A DNA stretch of 52,562 nucleotides from Acidobacteriaceae bacterium (GCA_003165005.1 PLSB01000112.1:14389-66950); one strand, 5' to 3'; shown: positions 37,725-48,035, numbered from the stretch's first letter. Notes: generated by a model from the letters alone, not told the origin. Translations and numbers: made by a program.

Positions 37725-37988
37725 TTCTTGGACACGTCATCTTGCACTTTAAAATCAACGGCGTGAAAATAATATACCACTATTTGGGGATTCGGAAAGT
37801 GTATACATTTGTTTACAACCCTGGCTCCGCAGACAGGCCCCGTTTACATTACCTTAGGCTAGTTGAATGATGATTTCCCCATATTGGCGGAGATATATTC
37901 GCTTTTATTCGTCTTTTGCGGCTCCCCTCGCCTTCCCGCTCGCCGGACTATACCCTTCCGTCGATCGGGGAGACCTTTGCAAGGAGCT

Positions 37989-39170
37989 CTAACCCTCCTG
38001 TACCTGCGGGCGCCGTCGAGCGTCGGCTGTTCGCCCTGGAAGCTTCCCCGCCGCGTACAGGTACCAGCAGAGCCATGCCGGCGTCGTCCACAAATAGTAC
38101 GGCGAGACGATCGCCACGCCCATCTCCAGTTCCAGAATTCCCACCACGGCAAGCACCAAAAGGGGCCAGAGGGGCCGACGCGATCCGATACACCGGTAAG
38201 CTCCTGCCAGGATGGCCGGAAGCAGCATCGTTTCGTCGGTCAGAAATCCAAACGGGGTACACATCGCGCCCACCAGCAGCAGAATCAACCCATGATCCAT
38301 CCAGTCCCACGATTGGCGCCGCGTCCAGAAGTACCAGAGCGTCCATACGCCCGCGGCGGCCTCGGGAGCAAACTGAATCCAAACGGCACGCGGATCGATC
38401 ATCAGCCTGAGTTCGGCGCTCAACCTGGGCACAACCTCGTTAAGCGCTCCGCCCGTGCGCATCATCTCTGCGTATTGGCCCCAGGCATTGGGGTCCATCG
38501 CATAAGCCAGCACACAGCTGCCGATCAGTGCCACGCCGAAGCCGGCCAGGATGCCAAAGCCTCTTTTTTTCGTAACGCACCAAAGCAGGAGCGCAATGCC
38601 GAACAGCACGAAGAAGTGTGGCTTGAGCGCGCACAGCAAAAGAGCCGCTCCGGCAAGGAATGGACGATCCTTCCAAAGAAGCAGAAAGAGCGTGATCCCA
38701 AGGAGGAGCAGGATCCCGGTCTGCCCGGCCATCAGGCACGCAACTGCCGGCGGAAATCCAAATCCGAAAAGATTGAGCAGGCTGTCTGGCCGGCCGTTGA
38801 TCTTCCAGAGCAAGCGGCTGGCCAGCCCCAACACCGCGATCAGAAAGAACGTCCAGACAATCAGACCTGCCTTGGGTCCAATCCACCCAAACGGCAGGGC
38901 CATAAAAAACGCTACCGGCGGATTCCGCATCACCAGCATAGGCACGCCGGGATCACGTCCCGCCGCAATTTCGAGCGCACGCACGGCCTGATAGTCGTAA
39001 GGATTCTGTCCGTGGGCCAGCAGATGTCCTGCCGCCCAGTAGCCGATGAAGTCGCATTTGGCGGCACTGTCGCCAGTGGTGCCCACCATGTAGATCGCAA
39101 GCACGGCAGCCGCCACAGCCGATGCGATCAGGACCTGGAGCGCCACGCGAACACGTTTGTTCATCTGCAA
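37989..39170 (-). CDS. GT87 (DUF2029) glycosyltransferase
   Basis: DFIGYWAAG..NPYD, MRNPP, GQ, ALKPH; multi-TM. Confidence 0.85.
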   Translation of the reverse strand: MQMNKRVRVALQVLIASAVAAAVLAIYMVGTTGDSAAKCDFIGYWAAGHLLAHGQNPYDYQAVRALEIAAGRDPGVPMLVMRNPPVAFFMALPFGWIGPKAGLIVWTFFLIAVLGLASRLLWKINGRPDSLLNLFGFGFPPAVACLMAGQTGILLLLGITLFLLLWKDRPFLAGAALLLCALKPHFFVLFGIALLLWCVTKKRGFGILAGFGVALIGSCVLAYAMDPNAWGQYAEMMRTGGALNEVVPRLSAELRLMIDPRAVWIQFAPEAAAGVWTLWYFWTRRQSWDWMDHGLILLLVGAMCTPFGFLTDETMLLPAILAGAYRCIGSRRPLWPLLVLAVVGILELEMGVAIVSPYYLWTTPAWLCWYLYAAGKLPGRTADARRRPQVQEG

Positions 39171-39303
39171 TTCTCTCTCCTCGGAGTGCTGCTCTTCTTT
39201 GGTTCCATCCGGAGTCTACGGTGTAGCGGCGAGGCTTGAACTGCTTCTTGATCCCCCCGCTTCCGGTTGCAGAAACATTCTCTCGACTTCAAGGCGCAAG
39301 TAT

Positions 39304-40545
39304 ATGAGAATAGCCTCCATGGATGGCAAGCTCGATCGTCCTTCGGTAAAGCAACACTTTGATCTTGCAGAGTTCTTCATTGCGTTGGCTCTAGGATTCG
39401 CGTTTTTTATCGCTGCTCTCTACTTTGCGATTCAGATCATCGGGTATCCGGGTGACTTCCACCACCACGCCGGTTCGCGCGACTTCATCAGTTACTGGGC
39501 AAGTGGAAAACAGCTCGTCGACCACGCCAACCCCTACGACCCCGAAGCCATCTCCGCGCTAGAGCATGCCGAGGGCCTCAACGTTCACGACACTCTTGTC
39601 ATGCGCAACCCTCCCTGGGCTTTGCCATTTGCCTACCCGCTTGGTTTCGTTGGCGTGCGTTGGGGCGCAATCCTCTGGTCGCTGCTCGTGCTCGGTTGCC
39701 TGTTCCTTTCCGTGCGCTGGGTCTGTCAGCTCTACGGAGATCCTGCCAAAACTCTGCGGTGGCTCGCGCTGTCCTTCACACCCGCTCTCATCTGCTTCCT
39801 GACGGGCCAGACCTCTATGTTCCTGCTCATCGGGCTGGTCCTCTTCCTGCGCCTCCATAAAACCCGGCCTTTCGCGGCCGGAGCCGCGCTAGGGCTCTGC
39901 GCCCTCAAGCCGCAGTTTTTCCTCCCCTTTGCGCTGGTTTTGCTGGTCTGGATCGTCGTCACCCGCAGCTATCGCATTCTCGCCGGAGGCATGACCACCA
40001 TGGCGGCATGCAGCCTGATCACTACATGGATCGACCCCGCCGCCTGGTCCCAGTACGCCTACTACGTGCACCACTCAAGCATGACGCGCGAGTTCACTGG
40101 ATACCCCAGCGAGCTTTTGCGCGATTCCATCCATCCTGCCTGGGAGTGGCTTGCCTTTGTGCCGGCGATCCTCGCGTGCATTTGGGCACTGGCCTGGTTC
40201 TGGCCTCGCCGCCACGCCTGGGACTGGATCGAACAGGGCAGCTTGCTGATGCTCGTCTCGCTCGTGGTTGCGCCCTTCGGATGGATCTTCGATCAGTCCG
40301 TGGCCATACCCGCTCTGGTCCACGGCGCCCGCACCACCCGCTCCCGCACTGTCCTGGCTGTCCTGGCGATTGCCATTCTCGCGATGGACGTCGAATTCTG
40401 TCTCGTCCGTGTCCCCTCGCCTTACTGGCTCTGGACCACACCGGCATGGCTGGTCTGGTACCTCTTCGCGCGCGCCTCGTCCCGTGAGCAGGGCGCTATG
40501 CCAATTCCTGCTTCGCTTTCTGCTTCGGATACCGCCTCTCGCTAA
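39304..40545 (+). CDS. GT87 (DUF2029) glycosyltransferase
   Basis: RDFISYWASG..NPYD, MRNPPW, GQ, ALKPQ; paralog of the divergent gene; start may be 39319. Confidence 0.85.
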   Translation: MRIASMDGKLDRPSVKQHFDLAEFFIALALGFAFFIAALYFAIQIIGYPGDFHHHAGSRDFISYWASGKQLVDHANPYDPEAISALEHAEGLNVHDTLVMRNPPWALPFAYPLGFVGVRWGAILWSLLVLGCLFLSVRWVCQLYGDPAKTLRWLALSFTPALICFLTGQTSMFLLIGLVLFLRLHKTRPFAAGAALGLCALKPQFFLPFALVLLVWIVVTRSYRILAGGMTTMAACSLITTWIDPAAWSQYAYYVHHSSMTREFTGYPSELLRDSIHPAWEWLAFVPAILACIWALAWFWPRRHAWDWIEQGSLLMLVSLVVAPFGWIFDQSVAIPALVHGARTTRSRTVLAVLAIAILAMDVEFCLVRVPSPYWLWTTPAWLVWYLFARASSREQGAMPIPASLSASDTASR

Positions 40546-40553
40546 GGTGCCTT

Positions 40554-41462
40554 ATGCGCGTAATCGACATCCTTCTGCATCCTGCCGTCATCTCCATCAC
40601 GGCCCTTTTTCTTTCCGCCATCTGGATGCTCAGGGATGAAAAGGACAAGACCCGGGTCGGACTCGTGTTCGCACTTGTCCTGAACCTCTTCTACGGCGTG
40701 CTCGTCACCATTTTCATGTCCGGCGAAGGCGCCGCATTCCCTTGGAAGTTCGACCACGTCCTGGCGCGCCTGGATGCGTCCCTCGGCATGCAGACCGCCT
40801 CCATCGCGCGGCCGTTGCAGGGCTTTCCGCACGTTCCCCTTTTTATTGCCTACGATGCGATGATTCCCATGATGATCGCCTGGTACCTTTTGACGCGATA
40901 CCGGCGCTGCCCTGGCTCCATCGTAGTGGCCTATGCTGCGGAGCTTGTTTCCGGCCCCTTGTTTTACGCCATCGTCCCCGCGTGCGGGCCAATTTATGCA
41001 TTCGGTAAACAGTGGCTGCGCCCGCCGGCTTTTCCGCCCGAGGCCGTGCGCTTGACAGGGATGCCAAACGCATTTCCTTCCCTGCACGTTGGCACAGCTT
41101 TTGTGTTTCTCATGTTCGCGCCGGGCAGAGTCTGGAAGGCGGTAGCGCTTCTCTTTCTTGCCTTAACATGTCTGGCGACCCTGTCCATTGGAGAACATTA
41201 CGTCATCGACCTGATCCCTGGAATGGCGTTCGGGGTGTTTGCGTCCGCCGTAGGAACGCGCAACTTCCGCCGCGCTGCAGGCTTTTTTGCCCTCACGCTC
41301 TGCTGGTGCCTCGGGGTGCGATTTGCCTTCACGATTCTGCTCGCGCATCCCGTCCTTCTGCGCTGCTTTGCTGGATTGACCTTGGTGTTGGTGGCTCTGG
41401 CGGTCCGAAGGCAATGGAGCACCGCGGCGGAGCTTGAGAAGGGCCACGGCATCGCTGCTTGA
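40554..41462 (+). CDS. PAP2 superfamily membrane enzyme (Aur1/Ipt1-like)
   Basis: FYAIVPACGP, NAFPSLH, EHYVID motifs; multi-TM. Confidence 0.82.
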   Translation: MRVIDILLHPAVISITALFLSAIWMLRDEKDKTRVGLVFALVLNLFYGVLVTIFMSGEGAAFPWKFDHVLARLDASLGMQTASIARPLQGFPHVPLFIAYDAMIPMMIAWYLLTRYRRCPGSIVVAYAAELVSGPLFYAIVPACGPIYAFGKQWLRPPAFPPEAVRLTGMPNAFPSLHVGTAFVFLMFAPGRVWKAVALLFLALTCLATLSIGEHYVIDLIPGMAFGVFASAVGTRNFRRAAGFFALTLCWCLGVRFAFTILLAHPVLLRCFAGLTLVLVALAVRRQWSTAAELEKGHGIAA

Positions 41463-41526
41463 CAGCTGCTACCTCTGGCCCTGCGTCCACTCTCTGCTTC
41501 CTGTCAATCGATCTGCGTTCCGAGGA

Positions 41527-41970
41527 CTACTCGCAGCTTTCGGCCGAAGCAGCAACTGGCGCCATCTCCACCTTGTCTCCGCGCTCCGTGCGCGACGCTT
41601 GAGCGGTCCCGGCCGGCAGCTCCAGCACACTGTGCGCTGAGAAACACGCCGAGATGCGCCACGCCCCTACGCAGTGGCGCACTTTCCTGACTTGAAGCTT
41701 GCGGTCCAGGTAGACGAGATCGATAGGGAAGCGCATGAAGAAGGTGTGCACCGACTCGCAGGGAGCGATCCACAGCCCCTCGCCCGGCAGAAGGCTTTCC
41801 CTCCCCAACAGGCCCTTTCTGCGCGCGGCCCCTGTGCGCGCCTTTTCGAGCCGGGCCGCGAGCATCGTGCCGCGCGTGACGTTGCGCGCCTGCTGGGGCG
41901 GCTCAAAAGCGGCGGGAGGCGGAGCCAAACACTTCCGCACCCCCTTCGCTAAGGCAAGCAATGGATTCAT
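41527..41970 (-). CDS. DUF192 domain protein
   Basis: RRKGLLGR..GEGLWI.PCESVHTFFMRFPIDLVYLD..VLELPAG..GD. Confidence 0.88.
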   Translation of the reverse strand: MNPLLALAKGVRKCLAPPPAAFEPPQQARNVTRGTMLAARLEKARTGAARRKGLLGRESLLPGEGLWIAPCESVHTFFMRFPIDLVYLDRKLQVRKVRHCVGAWRISACFSAHSVLELPAGTAQASRTERGDKVEMAPVAASAESCE

Positions 41971-42021
41971 CCGCTTGTCTCTGCCGCCTGCGCCGCCGCC
42001 GCGTGGCGGCAATTGCCACTG

Positions 42022-43626
42022 CTACGGAGCAGTCACTCCAGTAGCCGAAGGCGCGCTGCTCGCCGGACCGTTAATCGCTCCTCCACCTATGCCGAATCCG
42101 CCTGCTCCCGACTCGATGACGAGCGGCTTCTCGGGTTTCATGCTGTCAACTAACGTCTCCACGGGAATGGCAGCAGGCGGAGACGGCAACGTGTTATCCG
42201 CCGTCTTCGCATCCGGCTGGTGCATGGGGATGTTCGAATTAGGCGGAATAAACTTTTTATCCGGATAATTCAGGTCCGGCAGCGCCGCGTTCGCCGGAAG
42301 CGGATTCACAATCTCCGGCGTTACCAGCACGATCAACTCGGTGTCGTTCTTGGTCTTCGTCTCCGATTGGAACAGCTTGCCAAGGATCGGGATGTCGCCC
42401 AGAAACGGAATCTTCGAGAAAGTGTCGGTGATTCCCTTGTCCAGCAAGCCGCCGATGATGAACGTTTGGCCGTCCTTCAGCTCCACCTCGGTATTCACCT
42501 TGCGCGAAGTAAGCCCCGGAACTTCGAATCCCGAGATCTCGACCTCGTGGGTGTAGTCCAGCGCGCTCACCTCCGGCGCGACCTGTAAACGAATGGTGCC
42601 GCGCGGCAGCAGCGTGGGGATAAAGTTGAGCCGGATGCCGTATTGCTTGAATTCGATGGTGACCGCCGTCGTCCCCCCTGACGAGCCGGACACCACGGGG
42701 TACGGGAACTCTCCACCGGCGAGGAAGCTGGCTTCCTTGCCGTTGGACGCCAGCAGATTCGGCTCCGCGAGCACCTCCGCCACGTTCTTGGTCTCCAATG
42801 CATAGATGTCGGCGCCCACGTTCAGCCCTGGAAAGAAGGCAAAGATATTTCCTTCCTGGCTGAACTGCGCACTGCCGGTCGGTCCCGAAAGCCCTGCGCT
42901 GCTGGCCGTGGCGGTGCTCCCTATCGATGGCTGACCGAACTGCCCCGTCGACACCCCGCCCAGGGCATGCCCCAGCCCGAGATTGACGAGGTTAATACCC
43001 AGGGATAGCGCCTTGTTGCGATCCACGCTGACAAAGCGCACCTTCAGCAGAAACTGCGGATCATCGAACTTGGGCACCTCGACGTTCAGCAGGTTCACCA
43101 CCTTGCTGCCCGACGTCGAGGCAATCTGCACGGCGCGCGCCGAACTGGTCAGATCCTTCACCGTGCCGCGCAAAAAAACGCTGCTGTTGCTGTAAGACAC
43201 ACTGATGGCATCGCCGGGCAGCCCGGCTTTCAGCTCGCGCCGAATGCCGTCCAGCTTCTCGTCTGTCAGCCCGGTGCTGGACCGCACGGTCACGGTGAAG
43301 AACTGCCGTCCGCCACGAATGTCCCAGAGGATCAGGCTCGTCACTCCCGCGCCTCTGCCGGTGATCATGATCTCGGTAGGACTCACGGTGGTAGCTTCCG
43401 CGACTTCTTCCGCGCCTAAAGCCACGCGCTGAATCGGTTGCGCGCAGTCCACCAGCACGGCTTTGCCCACTTCCACATTGAGTTCATTGGTGGAGTCTTC
43501 GAACGCAGCTCCCGCCGGTGGCGGAGAGGGCGGGGCGGCCTGCTGAGCCTGTGCCGCCTGCCCGGCGCAGAGAGCCGCGATCAGCACACTGCAATATGCG
43601 ATGGTGATCCCAGTCGTCGATCTCAA
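42022..43626 (-). CDS. cpaC: Tad secretin CpaC/RcpA
   Basis: Signal peptide, T2SS-N, BON-like segment, LAEPNL..GKEASFLAGGEFP, IPFLGDIPILGKLF. Confidence 0.93.
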   Translation of the reverse strand: MRSTTGITIAYCSVLIAALCAGQAAQAQQAAPPSPPPAGAAFEDSTNELNVEVGKAVLVDCAQPIQRVALGAEEVAEATTVSPTEIMITGRGAGVTSLILWDIRGGRQFFTVTVRSSTGLTDEKLDGIRRELKAGLPGDAISVSYSNSSVFLRGTVKDLTSSARAVQIASTSGSKVVNLLNVEVPKFDDPQFLLKVRFVSVDRNKALSLGINLVNLGLGHALGGVSTGQFGQPSIGSTATASSAGLSGPTGSAQFSQEGNIFAFFPGLNVGADIYALETKNVAEVLAEPNLLASNGKEASFLAGGEFPYPVVSGSSGGTTAVTIEFKQYGIRLNFIPTLLPRGTIRLQVAPEVSALDYTHEVEISGFEVPGLTSRKVNTEVELKDGQTFIIGGLLDKGITDTFSKIPFLGDIPILGKLFQSETKTKNDTELIVLVTPEIVNPLPANAALPDLNYPDKKFIPPNSNIPMHQPDAKTADNTLPSPPAAIPVETLVDSMKPEKPLVIESGAGGFGIGGGAINGPASSAPSATGVTAP

Positions 43627-44468
43627 TGCTGTCCCTCGGGTATAGCGAATTTCTGTTCCGTGGTCTTTGAGCCGTTACTGACGATGATCGAATAGGTCTG
43701 CGGCATGGCCTTGGGTGCGCTGCTCGCAACCCGGCGCGGCCCCTTGGGTGCGGCCGGAACCCCGTTCGAGAAGATGCTGCTTATCGCCGTTGGCGGCACT
43801 TTGGCCATCTCTGTATCCATCGGATTGCGCAGCACCAGCTGAATACTGAGCGAGATGCTGGCCAGACTTAATGTCTCGGCCTGTTCCGGAGTCACCAGCA
43901 GACTCACAACCTGCACCTGCTGCGGCTTGCCCGTCGCATCCTTTTGAATGTCTGTGCCCGCCGACAGCACCTGGATGTCTTGCAGAAGCGTCTCCGTCTC
44001 TTCGGTTGCCGATGGCGCGTTGGGAGGCACACCCGAAGCCAGCACGTCGACGCGCGAGCCCGGAATCACGAATCCGGCCACGCCGATTACTTCATTCACT
44101 TTCACCGCGCACGCTCTCATGCCTTTGGGAATCGTCGGCGCCAAGCCTCCACCGGATCCGGGACCAGCCAGCCGGCTTTCCATGACGATTTCGCCCTGGT
44201 AAATCTCAGAGGTCGCGCCGCGGTTCACTGCGTCGTCCATCTTCAAAATGGCCCCTTTGGGCGTATCGCCGGCGATCGCGATGGTTGTCAGGTCGGCAGG
44301 CGTTAATACCGCGCCCAGAGGAATGTCTCTGGCGGCTGCAACCACGCGCGTCGTCGCTATCGGCCTTGAGGCCGCTATGCGCGTGCCCACCATGCGATAG
44401 ACCGCCCACGCGCAGATTCCGGCGATCACAAATGCGAATAAGAAGATCGTGAGCAGTCTTCGATTCAT
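43623..44468 (-). CDS. cpaB: Flp pilus assembly protein CpaB/RcpC
   Basis: TM, SAF domain VVAAARDIPLG, GMRA..GVAGFVIPGSRVDV, LLVTPEQAE. Confidence 0.93.
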   Translation of the reverse strand: MNRRLLTIFLFAFVIAGICAWAVYRMVGTRIAASRPIATTRVVAAARDIPLGAVLTPADLTTIAIAGDTPKGAILKMDDAVNRGATSEIYQGEIVMESRLAGPGSGGGLAPTIPKGMRACAVKVNEVIGVAGFVIPGSRVDVLASGVPPNAPSATEETETLLQDIQVLSAGTDIQKDATGKPQQVQVVSLLVTPEQAETLSLASISLSIQLVLRNPMDTEMAKVPPTAISSIFSNGVPAAPKGPRRVASSAPKAMPQTYSIIVSNGSKTTEQKFAIPEGQH

Positions 44469-44967
44469 CCCTACTCCGTTCGAACTGGCGGATTGCCAAT
44501 CCCGCCTTTCTCTGCATGTCTGCTATAACCCATCCTGCAGCTTGCCGTCAACCCGGCCTGCAGGACCATCGCCGTTGCTCCCAGGCGAACAGTGCCATCA
44601 CAGTGTATTCCCACATCCCCTGTCCCCCCCGATGGATTTGTGGATAATGCTGCCTAAGGTATCAAGAAAGCCACGGGGAATCGCCGCGGGAAGCAATTCT
44701 TCTATACAATATCTACCACGTACGCCTTGCGGCACGTTGCGGACTCCCCCACAGTTGAGGCCGCGTTATGGGTCGCTCAACATTGATCGCGTTTTCCGCA
44801 GTCGGGGGCCGCTCTTGGCTCGTCACGCGTCAAAGATAGAGGATTCGGATTCGCCGGCGTGGAAGATCCTTCATAGCCGGCTTGTCGCCGACGCAAGTGT
44901 TGGTGATGCGCCCACGGAGAATCCTGTCCCTATTCCTTCTGTGATAGAGATCCCTGGCCGCGATCTG

Positions 44968-46254
44968 ATGCTGTTCGCAACCTCAATGCCTGAGCATCAG
45001 GGGCCGGTGACGTTCGCGGGGTCGCTTCTCGTCCATGTCCTCGCCGCGGCTGTGATCTGGTTCAGCCTTGGATACAAGCCTCCCTCCGCCAGAGTGATCA
45101 CAGAGCACTATACGATTCGTCAGCTCGATCTGAGCGAATTGGCGGCGGAGGCCAACGCGCGCATTCGTAATCCCATTCAGAACCGGGACGCTGCACACCC
45201 GGACAAGGCGCCGCCGGCGCCGCCTTCGCCCCCCAAGACCCTGGCCAATCCGGGCTTGCAGACGCTGATCCAGCCCGATGTTCAGAACCCCGTCACGCTG
45301 CCCCAAGTGATCCCCGTACCGCGGGTCCTCCTCTGGTCTGCGAGCAAGACCGTCGTCAAGAACATCGTTCCACCTTTGCAAAAAAATCCGCCCGCCGCCG
45401 ATGTTGTTCCTCTCCTCGAACGGCCGAATCAGGAGCTCAGGGTCGCCGACGTCAATATCGCGTCCAACAATCAGCTCTCGCTCCAATCGCAGGTCCTGCC
45501 CAGCACCACCTCGCCCATTGCCGCCCAGGATTCCATCCAGGTGCAGCAGCCTCCGTCCTCGCTATCGCAGCTATCGGCAACGCCCACGCCGGCCGCCATC
45601 CTCTCCGTCTCCGACTTGCAGCTGCAAAACGGATCCGCCGCGCTGCCTCCCGTCACCGAGTCGCAGAAGTCGGACGCGCAAGGAGGGCTCGCTCCCGGCC
45701 AGGGAAAGAACTCCTCTGCGCAGAATGCCAGCGGCGAGCACGCCACCGGGTCAGGAACCGCTACCGATGCATTAGGCGAGCTCACGGCTACCCCCATCGC
45801 CCTTTCCAAAGAAGGCCATTTCGCAGCCGTGATCGTCGGCAACGACCTCGAACAGGAGTATCCCGAGATCGCCGGCGAATGGAGCGGCAGAATCGCCTAC
45901 ACCGCGTATCTCCACGTGGGCCTTGCCAAGAGCTGGGTCCTGCAGTACTCGCTGCCCCCCAACAGCGAAGCGGCCGCCGGCGGCAACGTCTCCCGCCTCG
46001 AAGCCCCGTGGCCGTACACCATTGTGCGCCCCAATCTGGGGCCCGACGCCATCGGCGCCGACGCCCTGATGATCCATGGCTTTATCAATTCATCCGGCCG
46101 ATTCGAGGATCTGAGCGTCGTCTTCCCGCAGCCCTTCGCGGTCGCGCAGTTCGTGCTCACCGCCTTGCAGCAATGGCAATTCCGCGCCGCGACGCTGGCT
46201 GGCCGGCCCACCAGAGTCGAGGTACTGCTCATCATCCCCGAGCAGCCCGAGTAA
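44968..46254 (+). CDS. Membrane-anchored Pro-rich protein with TonB-C-like tail
   Basis: TM with SLLVH, Pro/Gln-rich linker, ALQQWQFRAATLAGRPTRVEVLLII; start uncertain (frame open from 44449). Confidence 0.6.
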   Translation: MLFATSMPEHQGPVTFAGSLLVHVLAAAVIWFSLGYKPPSARVITEHYTIRQLDLSELAAEANARIRNPIQNRDAAHPDKAPPAPPSPPKTLANPGLQTLIQPDVQNPVTLPQVIPVPRVLLWSASKTVVKNIVPPLQKNPPAADVVPLLERPNQELRVADVNIASNNQLSLQSQVLPSTTSPIAAQDSIQVQQPPSSLSQLSATPTPAAILSVSDLQLQNGSAALPPVTESQKSDAQGGLAPGQGKNSSAQNASGEHATGSGTATDALGELTATPIALSKEGHFAAVIVGNDLEQEYPEIAGEWSGRIAYTAYLHVGLAKSWVLQYSLPPNSEAAAGGNVSRLEAPWPYTIVRPNLGPDAIGADALMIHGFINSSGRFEDLSVVFPQPFAVAQFVLTALQQWQFRAATLAGRPTRVEVLLIIPEQPE

Positions 46255-46370
46255 GCATCTTCCGCGCTGCGCCTCACGCTTTTCCCTGGCGAAAAAGGGC
46301 GCGGCCTGCGGCCGCGCCCCAGTTGGTTCCATAACTCTCGCCTCAGAGGTTTCGCTCCTCTTTCCCGAAC

Positions 46371-48035
46371 CTACGGCGCATCCGGGGGAACGAGGCGCGA
46401 TTCGCTCAATCTGCTAACGATTGCGGCGGCGATTGCGTCCAGGCCTGCGGCGTCGACGGCGCTGTTCGGGGACACGCAGCCAGCGTCTCCTCCCGTCGCA
46501 TTGTAGTCAGAGAAGAAGTTCGACTCCCCGTTCCACGGCGGGCTGGCCATATCCGCCATGGTCTGGCAGGGCGTGATGCCGGCGTGCGCGCTTTTGTCGT
46601 TCGGGGTGTAGCCTGCACGGTCGGAATCACATATTCCCTCCGACAACCCGCTGCGAGCTTTATCCGGTCCTGTCGAGGCGCCGTAGGCAACAGAGAACAC
46701 CAGCGTACCCGTCGACGTACCATCCGGATTGACCACAAAGTTGTTGAAAGACTGCGCCGCGTCCACCGCCTGTCCGCACTGACCCACCAGATCGGGATAT
46801 ATACCGTCGCTGTTGTTGCGGACACCATTGGTCACCGTTGCGGAAGGACAATCGACGCCGGAAAGGCCGGCAGAGGTGCAAGTCATGTCTTGAAAGTCGG
46901 GGCTTGTGGTGTCGATCGCGGAGGCATTGCCGTCGCTGAGGATGATCATGGCGTTGCTCGTCTTCAGGCCAGAAGTCAACTCGGCGGCCTGCTCGGCCAA
47001 GAGCGCTTCCTGCGCCTGGTAGATCGATGCAGCAAAGTACGTAAAATGCGTTCCTGCATCCGCCACGATGCCGGTGCAACTGCCGTGCCCGATAGCCGTC
47101 ACCAACGGGTCCGAGGAGGTGAGCGAGCCTCCGTAGGAATTTAGATAGCCGGAGTCGAAACCCAAAATCTCGTAGGTCGTCGACACCCCGGTTGAGAGGG
47201 TCGGCGTGTCCACTGTGGAACCGGAGGTCGATGGGAATGTATACGGCTCGTAAGTCGCCGAACTGCCCGAGCACGTGGTTTCTTTTGCCGTCGAGCCGAC
47301 TTTCATGGCCGGAAAAGTGAATATGCTGACTTTGTCCTGGGAAGGATCCAGCGCTTCGATAATCGTTTCGATCGCGTGTTCCGCACACTTTAACTGCGTT
47401 TGGGCTACGCCACTGATTTTGCAATTGTTATCTGTGTAGCTCATCGAAGCCGTTGTGTCCAGGACGATCGCAACGTTGAACGGCGTGGGTCTGGCTCCCT
47501 TCGACGCCGCTGAGGTAGTCGTCACTGTGATCGTAGGGTACCCTATCACCCCAGCGAAGAAAGTTTGCACATGTGCGGTCTCTTGTACGATGACCATGTT
47601 GTAAGTGGGGGGGGTGGCCGAACTGTCGCAGCTAGGACCGAAGAGCTTCACGGTACTCGAACACTTTACGGTGACCTTCGGCGTATCCACGGTGTAGCCG
47701 CCGTAATTGTTCAGGGTTCCAGTCGAGCTGTAGGTATCAGCCACAGCCGCGTAGGTTCCGTCCGATATATGCCAGGCCGCCGCCAGAGCCGCCGCGTCGG
47801 ACGAAGCCTGCAATTGCTTCCTCACCAGCATGGCGTGGCCAAGATCGACCGCAAAGGCGGACGCTGCAAGAAACAAGACCAAGGACAATGCAACCCATAT
47901 AATCGCTTGCCCACGCTCGTCCCTTATCGCCGCCGTGAAAAACGCCCGCCGCAGAGAGTTTGTGCCGCGCGCCCCCGAGGCCCGCTGCGGCTCGATCATG
48001 GCCTTGCGCGATCTGTTTTTTTCAAGTCTTGCCAT
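46371..48035 (-). CDS. tadG: TadG-like pseudopilin/adhesin with vWA domain
   Basis: DERG|QAIIW, AVDLG, LQASSDAAALAAA, MIDAS VLDTTASM, IILSDG; AAGGAG RBS. Confidence 0.85.
   Translation of the reverse strand: MARLEKNRSRKAMIEPQRASGARGTNSLRRAFFTAAIRDERGQAIIWVALSLVLFLAASAFAVDLGHAMLVRKQLQASSDAAALAAAWHISDGTYAAVADTYSSTGTLNNYGGYTVDTPKVTVKCSSTVKLFGPSCDSSATPPTYNMVIVQETAHVQTFFAGVIGYPTITVTTTSAASKGARPTPFNVAIVLDTTASMSYTDNNCKISGVAQTQLKCAEHAIETIIEALDPSQDKVSIFTFPAMKVGSTAKETTCSGSSATYEPYTFPSTSGSTVDTPTLSTGVSTTYEILGFDSGYLNSYGGSLTSSDPLVTAIGHGSCTGIVADAGTHFTYFAASIYQAQEALLAEQAAELTSGLKTSNAMIILSDGNASAIDTTSPDFQDMTCTSAGLSGVDCPSATVTNGVRNNSDGIYPDLVGQCGQAVDAAQSFNNFVVNPDGTSTGTLVFSVAYGASTGPDKARSGLSEGICDSDRAGYTPNDKSAHAGITPCQTMADMASPPWNGESNFFSDYNATGGDAGCVSPNSAVDAAGLDAIAAAIVSRLSESRLVPPDAP

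Noticed and set aside
36760-37990. c-di-GMP riboswitch near the pilins
   Set aside because: Hairpins are present but I could not find the GEMM consensus by eye; an Rfam scan would settle it
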